Counted from the stretch's first letter, positions 27,033-34,818 are shown. The stretch: DNA of 37,504 nucleotides from Candidatus Eiseniibacteriota bacterium (GCA_052390515.1 JBQTGV010000047.1:1-37504), one strand, 5' to 3'. Program-made: numbers and translations. The notes: generated by a model from the letters alone, not told the origin.

Positions 27033-27545
27033 GTGAGCGACAGGCTAGAGGCCATCATCAGCGACATCCTCCTGCGCGAGGGTGGCTACGTTGACCACCC
27101 GGCCGACAAGGGCGGGCCGACCAAGTTCGGCATCACGCAGGCCACCCTCAGCGACTGGCGACACCGGCAGGTCACGCCCGAAGAAGTCCGCCTCATGGAC
27201 GAGGACGAGGCGCGTGACATCTACCGGGCCCGCTACATCATCGACCCCGGCTTCGGCGGGCTGCCGGACGCCCTGCGCGACCTCGTGGTGGACTGCGCGG
27301 TCAACCACGGACCAACAAGGGCCGTCGCATGGCTCCGCGAGGCCGCAGGGCTATCGACCATCGGCAAGATGGGGCCGGAGGTGGACATGGCGCTGCAGGA
27401 CCTAGGCGCCCCGCGCGTCTACCGCAAACTGCTCGGCAAGCGGGTGAGGTTCTATGGGCGCATCATCACCGACAACCCCAAGCAGGCGGCCTTCGCCGCC
27501 GGCTGGGCGAACCGGGTCGCCTCGTTCGTGGAGATGACACCATGA
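27033..27545 (+). CDS. Endolysin, glycoside hydrolase family 108 with C-terminal peptidoglycan-binding domain
   Basis: EGGYVDHPADKGGPTKFGIT catalytic motif; D.AVNHG; F..GW.NRV C-terminus. Confidence 0.93.
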   Translation: MSDRLEAIISDILLREGGYVDHPADKGGPTKFGITQATLSDWRHRQVTPEEVRLMDEDEARDIYRARYIIDPGFGGLPDALRDLVVDCAVNHGPTRAVAWLREAAGLSTIGKMGPEVDMALQDLGAPRVYRKLLGKRVRFYGRIITDNPKQAAFAAGWANRVASFVEMTP

Positions 27546-27799
27546 CACCGCAGCGCGACCACGACGGCCACCTTCGCATCCTGCCCCGCGACCTGCTAGC
27601 CTACGCCGTCCTGCTCGCCGCCATCCTCGGTCAGTGGTACGCGCTCAACGCCAAGATCGACAGCTTCATGGAAGTGTCGGAGGCTCGCCACAAGGCCGCC
27701 GATGCCGACCGCGAGCGCATCTGGGACGTGCTCGTAGGTCAGGCCCGGGCTTCGGGTCAGGAGAAGGCGGCAGAGCCCGCCAGAAAGGAAGGACGCTAG
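27542..27799 (+). CDS. Single-TM coiled-coil protein, holin/antiholin-like
   Basis: ATGA coupling to the endolysin; TM LLAYAVLLAAILGQWYAL then a charged coil. Confidence 0.6.
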   Translation: MTPQRDHDGHLRILPRDLLAYAVLLAAILGQWYALNAKIDSFMEVSEARHKAADADRERIWDVLVGQARASGQEKAAEPARKEGR

Positions 27800-27991
27800 A
27801 TGGAATCGGTCCTGCGGAGTTCGGAGTTCTGGGTTGCCATCGTCACAGCCATCGGCGTGGGCGGCGCCCGCGCGGGTTGGTGGAGTGACGCCGACTTCAC
27901 GGAGTTCGTCGCCCCGGCGCTCCTCTACGTCGTCGCCCGCGTCACGTCCAAGCTCGCCAAGTCTGTTACCCTGAAGGCCCCGGTCAAGTAG
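27800..27991 (+). CDS. Putative holin, 2 TM
   Basis: 63 aa; SSEFWVAIVTAIG and VAPALLYVVAR hydrophobic segments; basic C-terminus. Confidence 0.65.
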   Translation: MESVLRSSEFWVAIVTAIGVGGARAGWWSDADFTEFVAPALLYVVARVTSKLAKSVTLKAPVK

Positions 27992-27992
27992 C

Positions 27993-28115
27993 ATGGACAA
28001 CGACACGCTGAAGGCGCTAGGCATCGTGCTGGCGCTCTACCTGCTCGGCCGCTGGCTAGCGGGCGACACACTGGGGCGATGGACGCCCCGCATCAACAAG
28101 GGAGGTAAGCGGTGA
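27993..28115 (+). CDS. Small membrane peptide, 40 aa (MDNDTLKALGIVLALYLLGRWLAGDTLGRWTPRINKGGKR)
   Basis: Fills the gap exactly; GTGA coupling to the next gene; one hydrophobic helix. Confidence 0.5.
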   Translation: MDNDTLKALGIVLALYLLGRWLAGDTLGRWTPRINKGGKR

Positions 28116-28639
28116 AGCTGCACCTGAGTTGGCCCGTCCTGCTCGCCATCGCTGCGGCGGTGGTGGCATCGTGGGCGGTGGAAGTGGACGACTGCGATGC
28201 GGCTTCCCTGTGGGAGTCGGTCAGCGTCGGAATCGGTGGTCAGGGTGTCTGGGTGGACGAGGGCGGTGCGCCGGCCTTCCGGGATGCGGAGGCTATCGGG
28301 CGGGCATCGCTCGGCGTGACGCCCCACGTCAACCTCGTGGGCGGCGTGTCCTACGGTGTGGACAAGTCCTACCTGCGCGGCTCTGGCGGCGTCAGGATCA
28401 CGGCCACCGACGTCAACGACCCGAACTTCTCCATCGGGGTCGGTGTCTCGAGACACTACGTCAGCGAGCCGGATGCTGGGCTCGATGAGGCGGCCGCTGA
28501 AGCCGCCATCGGCTGGAAGCCGTTCACCTCGTCCCGGGTCGTCCTGACCGGCCTCGCGGTCTACGGCATCGACACGGGCCGGCGCATGTTCTCGGCCGGC
28601 GTCGTCTGGCCCTTCAAGGTCGTGGGAGGTGGACAGTGA
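28112..28639 (+). CDS. Signal-peptide protein resembling an 8-stranded outer-membrane beta-barrel
   Basis: GGAGGT SD; N-terminal hydrophobic signal; about eight amphipathic strands with alternating G/hydrophobic residues and aromatic ends. Confidence 0.6.
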   Translation: MKLHLSWPVLLAIAAAVVASWAVEVDDCDAASLWESVSVGIGGQGVWVDEGGAPAFRDAEAIGRASLGVTPHVNLVGGVSYGVDKSYLRGSGGVRITATDVNDPNFSIGVGVSRHYVSEPDAGLDEAAAEAAIGWKPFTSSRVVLTGLAVYGIDTGRRMFSAGVVWPFKVVGGGQ

Positions 28640-28881
28640 CCATCCAGGACATCATCAACCGGGCGGCGCCGGCGCTCATCGGGCTCGCGGCAGAGCTCGA
28701 GGCGGCCATCGCCAAGTACCCGGATCTCGCGGGGTCGCTGCAGCCCAAGGCCGACGCGCTGAAGGCTGCGGCCGACCCGCTGGCGCTGGCGCAGCTCGGC
28801 AGCACGGTGCTGAACGAGTTGACGCAGTTCGCTCGAACGGGGACGCTGGACCCGAGGAGCAGCCCGAGCAATCTGGCGTAG
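28636..28881 (+). CDS. Helical hypothetical protein, last gene of the rightward arm
   Basis: GGAGG SD, GTGA coupling, 81 aa. Confidence 0.65.
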   Translation: MTIQDIINRAAPALIGLAAELEAAIAKYPDLAGSLQPKADALKAAADPLALAQLGSTVLNELTQFARTGTLDPRSSPSNLA

Positions 28882-28921
28882 CGGAGCGGTGGGCACCCGT
28901 GCCTTGCGAGGCCGGGGTAGC

Positions 28922-28951
28922 AGGGGGCGGCGGCTACGGCCTCCGCCCTTT
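28922..28951 (+). terminator. Putative intrinsic terminator between the convergent arms
   Basis: GGGCGG-CGGC-TACG-GCC-T-CCGCCC hairpin followed by only TTT. Confidence 0.45.
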
Positions 28952-28973
28952 GACCTTCAGCGCACCCTCGTGC

Positions 28974-29735
28974 TTAGAGCGGCAAAACGCGCTGCGCGAG
29001 CCGCCGCACGGCAATCTCGCAGTAGCGTTCCTCGACCTCGATGCCGATGGCGCAGCGGCCCATTCTCTTGGCGGCGTCCAGCGTTGTGCCAGCGCCCATG
29101 AACGGGTCGAGCACCAAGTCTCCGGGCTGACTGTGGAGCCGGATAAACAGCGCGAACAGGTCAAGCGGCTTGGGTGTCGGATGGTCGTCGGCTTGCGGCT
29201 TGATGCCGTTGATGCGAACCACGTTGGCTTGGGCGTTCCCGCCGTACCACTTGCACGCCGCGCCGGGCTTCTCGGCCACCAAGACCATCTCGTAGTTTCG
29301 GCGATAGTGCCATCCCATGCCAAGACCGCCTTTGTCCCAGACCACCGCCTGTTTGAATCCGATAGCCTCGTCCATCCACAGCGACCAACGGGCGAACTGG
29401 GGGTCAGGTCCGCCGCCGCCGCCGCAGCAGCAGCAGCAAGAGCCGGGCCGTATGAGCCTGTTGGCCTCTCCGAAAAACCACCGCACTAGATCGTTGGCTT
29501 CTGGCCCGTCGTTGGCGATGGGTCGCGCCAGCGGTGCGGCAGCCCCCGCAGGGAGGATGCCCAGCGCAGCCTCCCGGCGGTGCGCTAAGTCGCCGTTGTT
29601 GTTGTTGTGTCCGTAGGGCGGGTCCGTGAGAATGAGGTCGATGCTGGCGTCGGCGAGCGACGGCATAATCTCCCTACAGTCTCCATGGTAGATGGTGATT
29701 CCGTCCTCGTCGTAGTACGGTCGCGGAAGGCTCAT
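28974..29735 (-). CDS. DNA methyltransferase (N6-A/N4-C, beta class), orphan
   Basis: MSLPRPYY...TIYHGDC, LILTDPPY (motif IV), HPTPKP, VLDPFMGAGTT (motif I); true start ATG 29735 by ATGA coupling. Confidence 0.92.
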   Translation of the reverse strand: MSLPRPYYDEDGITIYHGDCREIMPSLADASIDLILTDPPYGHNNNNGDLAHRREAALGILPAGAAAPLARPIANDGPEANDLVRWFFGEANRLIRPGSCCCCCGGGGGPDPQFARWSLWMDEAIGFKQAVVWDKGGLGMGWHYRRNYEMVLVAEKPGAACKWYGGNAQANVVRINGIKPQADDHPTPKPLDLFALFIRLHSQPGDLVLDPFMGAGTTLDAAKRMGRCAIGIEVEERYCEIAVRRLAQRVLPL

Positions 29736-30127
29736 CTCACCCTCGTCTTGACGCCAGCCTGGCGGAGCTTGGCGCCCAACTCCTGCACGCTGCGAGCGAT
29801 TATGTAGATGCCGCCAGCCGCCTCCCACTTGAGAGCGAAGGCGCGCTGTGCGGGCGACTGGCGGCCACGCTCGCTTTTCACTTCCACCGCTATGGGGGTC
29901 GGCTGCCGCATCGTTACCGGCGGAAGCCCGAACGAACGGCGGTCGTAGGTCTTGAGCGGCGCAATCGCAATAATGTCCGCTATGCCCCTGCTCGGCGCAG
30001 GACGGAACCGCCCCGGCTGGCCTGCGATGGGGACCCCGGTGACGTTGATGCGCCACGCTGCAATGCCGTTCGCGGCGAGGTAGTCTAGGCACGCCTTCAG
30101 GATGCGACCCTCGGGGGTCTTGCTCAT
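29732..30127 (-). CDS. VRR-NUC domain nuclease (resolvase-like)
   Basis: E..I...CLDYL, GIADII, AVEVKS..GRQSPAQ..F....GG.Y..ARSV. Confidence 0.85.
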   Translation of the reverse strand: MSKTPEGRILKACLDYLAANGIAAWRINVTGVPIAGQPGRFRPAPSRGIADIIAIAPLKTYDRRSFGLPPVTMRQPTPIAVEVKSERGRQSPAQRAFALKWEAAGGIYIIARSVQELGAKLRQAGVKTRVR

Positions 30128-30297
30128 TCGCGCCTCCACTTCCAGCCACAATGGCGGCATCGCAGCCAGCCGCCACGGGACTCAATCGCATGGCTGCCGT
30201 GCAGCCACTCGCACAATCCAGAGAGCAAGACCTCGCGGAAGAACCAGCCGGGGGCGACAAGCGGGATAATCAGCCACCCGAGCCATTCGCGGCTCAT
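30124..30297 (-). CDS. Small Zn-finger-like hypothetical protein, 57 aa
   Basis: MSREWLGWLIIP...C...HGSH...CRHCG; ATGA coupling. Confidence 0.55.
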   Translation of the reverse strand: MSREWLGWLIIPLVAPGWFFREVLLSGLCEWLHGSHAIESRGGWLRCRHCGWKWRRE

Positions 30298-30343
30298 CTC
30301 TCCACCCTCACCGCCGCCGGCCGCACGCTGGAGGTAGTAGTAG

Positions 30344-30649
30344 TCACAGCTTCCCCTCCTTGATCCGCTGCTCCATGATTGGCTTGATGGCGTTCACGGC
30401 TTCGCAGATGAGCGAGGCGAAGTGATATTCGCGCTCGTTGTCGGGGTGCGTGGTCGGTTTGCTCTGGTCGTTGCGGTAAACGGTCGCAACCTGAACACGC
30501 AGGCCCGCCTCATCATCCGTCGCCTTGATGCGTTCCTCAAAGACGGCGATGGGTTGGTATCCCTCGTCGTGCTTCAGGCCCACCACGAGGCGGTCGGGCT
30601 GTACGAGGTTGTAGAGCCGTTGCAGTCGCAGCCAGTCAGATAGAGTCAC
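30344..30649 (-). CDS. Hypothetical protein
   Basis: GTGA-coupled 101-aa ORF with SD. Confidence 0.65.
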   Translation of the reverse strand: MTLSDWLRLQRLYNLVQPDRLVVGLKHDEGYQPIAVFEERIKATDDEAGLRVQVATVYRNDQSKPTTHPDNEREYHFASLICEAVNAIKPIMEQRIKEGKL

Positions 30650-31017
30650 CGCGTCACCTCCACCCTTCCCGGCCTGACGCTCGTTGTGTCCACGTAGGCG
30701 CTGTCACATCCACCGCCCGCCCGGTTGGACGCCCACACGCTCATGCGGTAGATGCCGCTGGCGAGGTCCGTGCGCTGCCACAGGGCTTCGGCGCCGGGCA
30801 TGGTGAGCAGGGAGTCGTGGCCGACGAGTTCCGGGCGAGCGCCGACCGGGCCGGTCCAGCGGACGTGGAGCCATAGGGGGGAGTAGAGGGTGTCGGTGGC
30901 GACGGAGCAGCCGGGACCGGCACCCTGCGTGGGCATGGTGGCTCTCACCGTCAACGTTGCGGCGCTGACGCAGGACGCGACGGTGAGCAGCGCGAGCGCC
31001 AGCAGGGCGCGGGTCAT
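30646..31017 (-). CDS. Sec-signal-peptide protein with a single Fn3/Ig-like domain
   Basis: MTRALLALALLTVASCVSA|A signal; DLASGIYRMSVWASNRAG is Fn3-like. Confidence 0.7.
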   Translation of the reverse strand: MTRALLALALLTVASCVSAATLTVRATMPTQGAGPGCSVATDTLYSPLWLHVRWTGPVGARPELVGHDSLLTMPGAEALWQRTDLASGIYRMSVWASNRAGGGCDSAYVDTTSVRPGRVEVTR

Positions 31018-31229
31018 GGGCGGCGACCGTGGATTGGGTTCTCGCAGTCTCCGGCATGGGCCAACCCCTCGCTGCCGCTGGTTGCCGAAACATACTCACA
31101 ACCACGCACCTTGATGATGCGGTATTCGGTCACGCCGCCAAAAAACGTGCAGCCCAGCCCTTGGCTTTCTCCCTTAGCACCGCACCCTAGCGGCATCAGG
31201 CAGAGAGCAATCAGGACGGCTTTCCTCAT
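31014..31229 (-). CDS. Small lipoprotein, 71 aa
   Basis: MRKAVLIALCLMPLG|C lipobox; C-terminal GCEYV....LAHAGDCENPIH motif of small phage lipoproteins. Confidence 0.7.
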   Translation of the reverse strand: MRKAVLIALCLMPLGCGAKGESQGLGCTFFGGVTEYRIIKVRGCEYVSATSGSEGLAHAGDCENPIHGRRP

Positions 31230-31363
31230 CTCCCCTCCAGTTCTCGATTGATGACGTGCGCCACGTCGTCCCCCGACAGGCGGAAGCCGTTGGCGACCCG
31301 GATGGCGTGGAGGCGGCGCAGTTCTCTCCACACGCGCAGCAGGGCGAACAGCGTGGCGGTCAT
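31226..31363 (-). CDS. Hypothetical protein, 45 aa
   Basis: ATGA-coupled at both ends. Confidence 0.5.
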   Translation of the reverse strand: MTATLFALLRVWRELRRLHAIRVANGFRLSGDDVAHVINRELEGR

Positions 31364-31698
31364 GGCCGGCGCTCCGGCGGCAGGGCGCTGACGATGTCGT
31401 GCAGGGCGTTGTTCGCGTGCCCGGCTGCCATGCTGGCCTCGTCGCTCTCGTTCTGATGCTCCCATGCTTCCACGGCCTCCACCGCCGCCTTGACCACCGG
31501 CTCCCACGCGGCGAGGCGGGCGCGGACTTCATCCATCACCAGCGTCACGCCCGGCTCCCTACAGGATAAGACGCTGCATGTGAGCCACCCACCGGACCCG
31601 ATGAACAGCGACCTCGCACCACAGGCTGGGCAGGGGTCTGCGATTCTCGGCTGTGTCGGCGTGTAAGGCTCGCCCGTTCCACTCACTCGCTCGCTCAC
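31360..31698 (-). CDS. Zn-ribbon hypothetical protein
   Basis: GTG start with GGAGG SD; CPACG..SLF....G.LTCS...C. Confidence 0.7.
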   Translation of the reverse strand: MSERVSGTGEPYTPTQPRIADPCPACGARSLFIGSGGWLTCSVLSCREPGVTLVMDEVRARLAAWEPVVKAAVEAVEAWEHQNESDEASMAAGHANNALHDIVSALPPERRP

Positions 31699-32255
31699 TT
31701 CCCCTCCTTCTCGCCCGGCTCCGGGCGCAGGGCGCGCCACTGCTTGTGCGTTACGATCTTGAGCGCCGTGTTGCGGTGCACGCCGAACCGCTCCGCAAGC
31801 ACCTTGTTGGGCACCCCAGATGCTGACATTCGCCGCATCTCTACAACGTCGGTCGATGTCAACTTGGCCATCCCGTGACGCTCTCCAGTCGTGCGGCGCT
31901 CTGGCGTCTTGTTCGCCCAGTGGTCATTGCCTCTCGGCAACGTCCACGGCCTGCGCTGCCACGAGACGCGGCCCTTGCGAGAGGCGTCTTTCATGTTGTC
32001 GCTTGGCGTGCCCAGAAATAGATGCTCAGGATTCACACAGGCGGGGTTGTCGCATCGGTGACAGACAAACAGGCCGTCTGGGATGACGCCGTGCGCCCAC
32101 TCCCACGCAACACGAGGGGCTCTATGAGGCCTGCCGTTCATGTGGAACTGTCCATAGCCGTTCCGGCTACTGCCGGCGGTCCAAATCCAACAATCGCCCG
32201 ACTTGTCCACCTTCGACCAGAATCGCCGCGCTACGCGTTCTGCGTCGTCGGTCAT
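31695..32255 (-). CDS. HNH homing endonuclease with C-terminal HTH
   Basis: RFWSKVDK..DCWIWT, VCHRCDNPACVNPEHLFLGT..DN, AKLT..V..MR...LA.RFGV. Confidence 0.9.
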   Translation of the reverse strand: MTDDAERVARRFWSKVDKSGDCWIWTAGSSRNGYGQFHMNGRPHRAPRVAWEWAHGVIPDGLFVCHRCDNPACVNPEHLFLGTPSDNMKDASRKGRVSWQRRPWTLPRGNDHWANKTPERRTTGERHGMAKLTSTDVVEMRRMSASGVPNKVLAERFGVHRNTALKIVTHKQWRALRPEPGEKEGK

Positions 32256-32527
32256 GCTGGCCTCGTCTTTCTCACCTTGAATCGCTTGGCGTTAGTCCGC
32301 TGCTCGCAGAAGTCGGCGATCTCGCGCAGGCACGAATGGTCGAACACCGTGCGCTGGTGCGGCCAGAACGTGTACTTGCGCCAGCGGCCGAACCACGACA
32401 CGACGCCGAGGATTGTCCCGTCCGCCACGGTCGCCTCCCACACCTGCGTCTTGCCGGACTCGCTCGCTCCTGCCAGCACGAACTCGATGCGCGGCTCGAT
32501 TGCTTTCAGCGCCGAATGAAGACTCAT
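32252..32527 (-). CDS. Conserved phage hypothetical protein
   Basis: KT.VW.....LG...W...WRKY.F.P...TVF...CL.EIA.F motif. Confidence 0.7.
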   Translation of the reverse strand: MSLHSALKAIEPRIEFVLAGASESGKTQVWEATVADGTILGVVSWFGRWRKYTFWPHQRTVFDHSCLREIADFCEQRTNAKRFKVRKTRPA

Positions 32528-32922
32528 TCCCCCCTCGCTTTCCGTAGGCGTTCGAAGGCGGCGGCGATGTTCCTGATTGCGGCGTCCGTTTCGTCGTTCA
32601 CCGGCCCGCACTCGACCTCTACTGGACAGTTGCGGCATGAGCCGTCACATCCCGGCGCGTGGTCAGCGCGTCCATGCGACTGCCCCTGCGCCATGTACTC
32701 ACCGCACCCGGCGCACCGCCACGAGCCGGAGCCGTGGATAGACAACAAGCACTTCTCCAGCGCCTTCTCCGTCTCGTCGGCCGCGTCGGCGATTGCGAGA
32801 AGGCGGAGGACGGTCTGCGGGTTTAGCTTGACGTTCAGCTTGCGTCGGGTGAACACCGACGAGGGACGCTCCTTAGCGTCCTCCGCCAGCGCCCGCAACT
32901 CCTTCCTGCGCTCCGGCGTCAT
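32524..32922 (-). CDS. Cys-rich hypothetical protein (Ead-like N-terminus)
   Basis: ELRALAE...NPQTVLRLL; CAGC and C...C..C. Confidence 0.6.
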   Translation of the reverse strand: MTPERRKELRALAEDAKERPSSVFTRRKLNVKLNPQTVLRLLAIADAADETEKALEKCLLSIHGSGSWRCAGCGEYMAQGQSHGRADHAPGCDGSCRNCPVEVECGPVNDETDAAIRNIAAAFERLRKARGE

Positions 32923-33668
32923 CGCTTCGCCTCCCAGTCGGCCAGCACGCGGGCGGCTATGGCTGGCGGCGGCTCAGACATTCCCGGCCACGAATCGGCC
33001 TTGATGCCCGCCCACACCAAACTCACCGCCAGCGCCCGCAGTTCGTCGCGGGTGAGCGTGAGGGAGTTGAGCTTGGCGGTCAGCCGCTCCGCCTCCGCCC
33101 CCACCTCCGGCCCTATGTCTGTCAGGCCACACTCGTCATTTCTCCGCGCCCACACCTTCACGATGTAGCCGGGCGAGCCCCACATGCGGTCGTAGATGAG
33201 CCCGCCCAATGCGTAGTACCGGGTGAGCGTGAGGGAGTAGGGGGTTGCGGCTTGGGTCGGGCTCGCGTTCCCTTCCGGCGCTACTGCGGCGTCGCGATTG
33301 CCGCTCACGTCTTGCCCGCGCGTGCACACGCCAGAAGCGACTTCTCCACCAGAGGCCGCATCGTTCTCCCCCGACCCCTTCACGCCCGCGAGGGCGGCAC
33401 GAGCAAGTCTGTAGCAGTTGCCCTCCACGTCGCCGCCCTGCTCGATGTGGCGCACAACGCCCTCCAGCGCCTCGCGCAGCCGGTCCCGCTCGGCCCGCGC
33501 CTCGTCCAGCTTCCGCAGCGCGGCGAGTTCGGCCTCCAGCACCAGCACGCGGCAGGGGTCTATGTGATACGCCTCGCCGGACGGCAGGCGCACCATGCTT
33601 TGGGTGAGCAGGCCCCCACAGAAGGCGCAGGTGTCGCTCCACTGCTCGTCGTTCAGTTCGTGGCTCAT
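32919..33668 (-). CDS. Mosaic hypothetical protein
   Basis: Start MSHELNDEQW by ATGA coupling; CAFC, coiled coil, ARAALA motif. Confidence 0.6.
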   Translation of the reverse strand: MSHELNDEQWSDTCAFCGGLLTQSMVRLPSGEAYHIDPCRVLVLEAELAALRKLDEARAERDRLREALEGVVRHIEQGGDVEGNCYRLARAALAGVKGSGENDAASGGEVASGVCTRGQDVSGNRDAAVAPEGNASPTQAATPYSLTLTRYYALGGLIYDRMWGSPGYIVKVWARRNDECGLTDIGPEVGAEAERLTAKLNSLTLTRDELRALAVSLVWAGIKADSWPGMSEPPPAIAARVLADWEAKR

Positions 33669-33850
33669 CGGTCCTCCAGCCCGGCCTCGTAGCACTCCCG
33701 GCACAGGCCCTTGCGGTAGACGGGCCGCCCGCATCCGTGCTCACACTCCTCCGGCTCGTCGGCGCCCCAGTAGGCGTCCGCTTGCTTCTTGAGGTCGCGG
33801 TCGGCCGCCACCGCCGCCGCTCGTTCGCGCTGTGAGGCTCTGTCGCTCAT
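33665..33850 (-). CDS. Small Zn-finger protein
   Basis: MSDRASQRE...CEHGCGRP...KGLCRECY. Confidence 0.65.
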   Translation of the reverse strand: MSDRASQRERAAAVAADRDLKKQADAYWGADEPEECEHGCGRPVYRKGLCRECYEAGLEDR

Positions 33851-34026
33851 CGCTTCGACCCCTCTTGGACGCGCAACTCCACCCACATCGCATCCCAAGT
33901 GGACACGTTGGCTCCCGTGATGCGGTTGTAGGACCGCGCCTCGAAGTGCGAGAACACGACCCACAGGGCGCACGCCACCAGAACCGCGACGGACCCCGCA
34001 ATCACACAAAACCTCGTCTCGCTCAT
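33847..34026 (-). CDS. Small membrane-anchored protein, 59 aa
   Basis: GGAGG SD; MSETRFCVIAGSVAVLVACALWVVFSHFEARSYNRITGANVSTWDAMWVELRVQEGSKR; not in the ORF track. Confidence 0.65.
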   Translation of the reverse strand: MSETRFCVIAGSVAVLVACALWVVFSHFEARSYNRITGANVSTWDAMWVELRVQEGSKR

Positions 34027-34076
34027 CGTCCCTCCGTTGTGGGCGGCCCCTCATGCGACCGGACGACCCCGCGTCG

Positions 34077-34505
34077 TTACCGGCCGCCCTCTCGGGGCCG
34101 CCCCTTGCGCGACCACCTGGTTCTGCCGCACTCCGCGCACCACCGCGATCCGCTCTTGCGAATGTAGACGTTGCGAGGATCGGTCCAGTCGTGGCCGTAC
34201 TTGCACGCCGTCTTGGTCGCCGCCTTTCCGCGCCGGATGTTCTCGCGGTGGGTCACGGGTTCCAGATGCGACGGGTTCACGCATGACGGATTGCGACACA
34301 GGTGGTCCAAGTCCAGCCCCGGCTCGATAGCCCCCACCGTCCACTCGTAGGCGACTCGATGGGCGCACGCCCTCCGGCCACCATCAAGTGATAGTTGGCC
34401 GTATCCGAGCGAGTTGTTCGCACCAGTCCAAAGCCAGCAGCCATCCGACTTGCTGACCTTCGACCAGAACCTTTGGTGCACCGACCGCCTTGGCAGTCTG
34501 TCCAT
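34077..34505 (-). CDS. HNH homing endonuclease
   Basis: RFWSKV...GCWLWTG, AHRVAYE, LDHLCRNPSCVNPSHLEPVT..EN, KTACKYGH...RWCAEC. Confidence 0.9.
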   Translation of the reverse strand: MDRLPRRSVHQRFWSKVSKSDGCWLWTGANNSLGYGQLSLDGGRRACAHRVAYEWTVGAIEPGLDLDHLCRNPSCVNPSHLEPVTHRENIRRGKAATKTACKYGHDWTDPRNVYIRKSGSRWCAECGRTRWSRKGRPREGGR

Positions 34506-34671
34506 CGCTTCCTCGCTTGTCCGGCTCCGGCCCGGAGCTGCGCGTGGGCAGGGTTTCTGCTCCTGACGGCACTCCGGGCCTCGCCCGGTCCGTGGCTACC
34601 TCCCTAGCCGGCTAGCGTCTGATCCAGTAAAAAGGTCGAGAATCATGCTCAACACAACGTCGCCCATCAGT

Positions 34672-34818
34672 TCACCACCCCGCTTTCGGTGGAAGTTTCG
34701 CGGCAAGGGAATCCATCAGGACGTGGAGACTGTACCGTGCAGCCATGAGCAGGGCGCGGAGTCGTGCGACCTCGGCCGTCAGGCGGGCAATCTCTTGGTC
34801 CTTCTCGTCGTCGTCCAT
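34672..34818 (-). CDS. Small coiled-coil protein (alternative GTG start at 34893)
   Basis: GGAG SD before MDDDEKDQEIARLTAEVARLR. Confidence 0.55.
   Translation of the reverse strand: MDDDEKDQEIARLTAEVARLRALLMAARYSLHVLMDSLAAKLPPKAGW

Noticed and set aside
28974-30127. Restriction-modification system (MTase plus nuclease)
   Set aside because: The nuclease is a standard phage VRR-NUC protein and orphan MTases are common in phages; nothing indicates a cognate REase
29736-30260. N-terminal extension of the methyltransferase (428-aa ORF in the track)
   Set aside because: Overlaps the VRR-NUC gene; the real start is ATG 29735 with ATGA coupling. Similar over-extended starts apply to 17461, 24665, 14043 and 35990.
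30294-30347. 17-codon ORF MTTTTSSVRPAAVRVER coupled at both ends
   Set aside because: Too short to support as a gene; may only be a translational-coupling spacer or remnant
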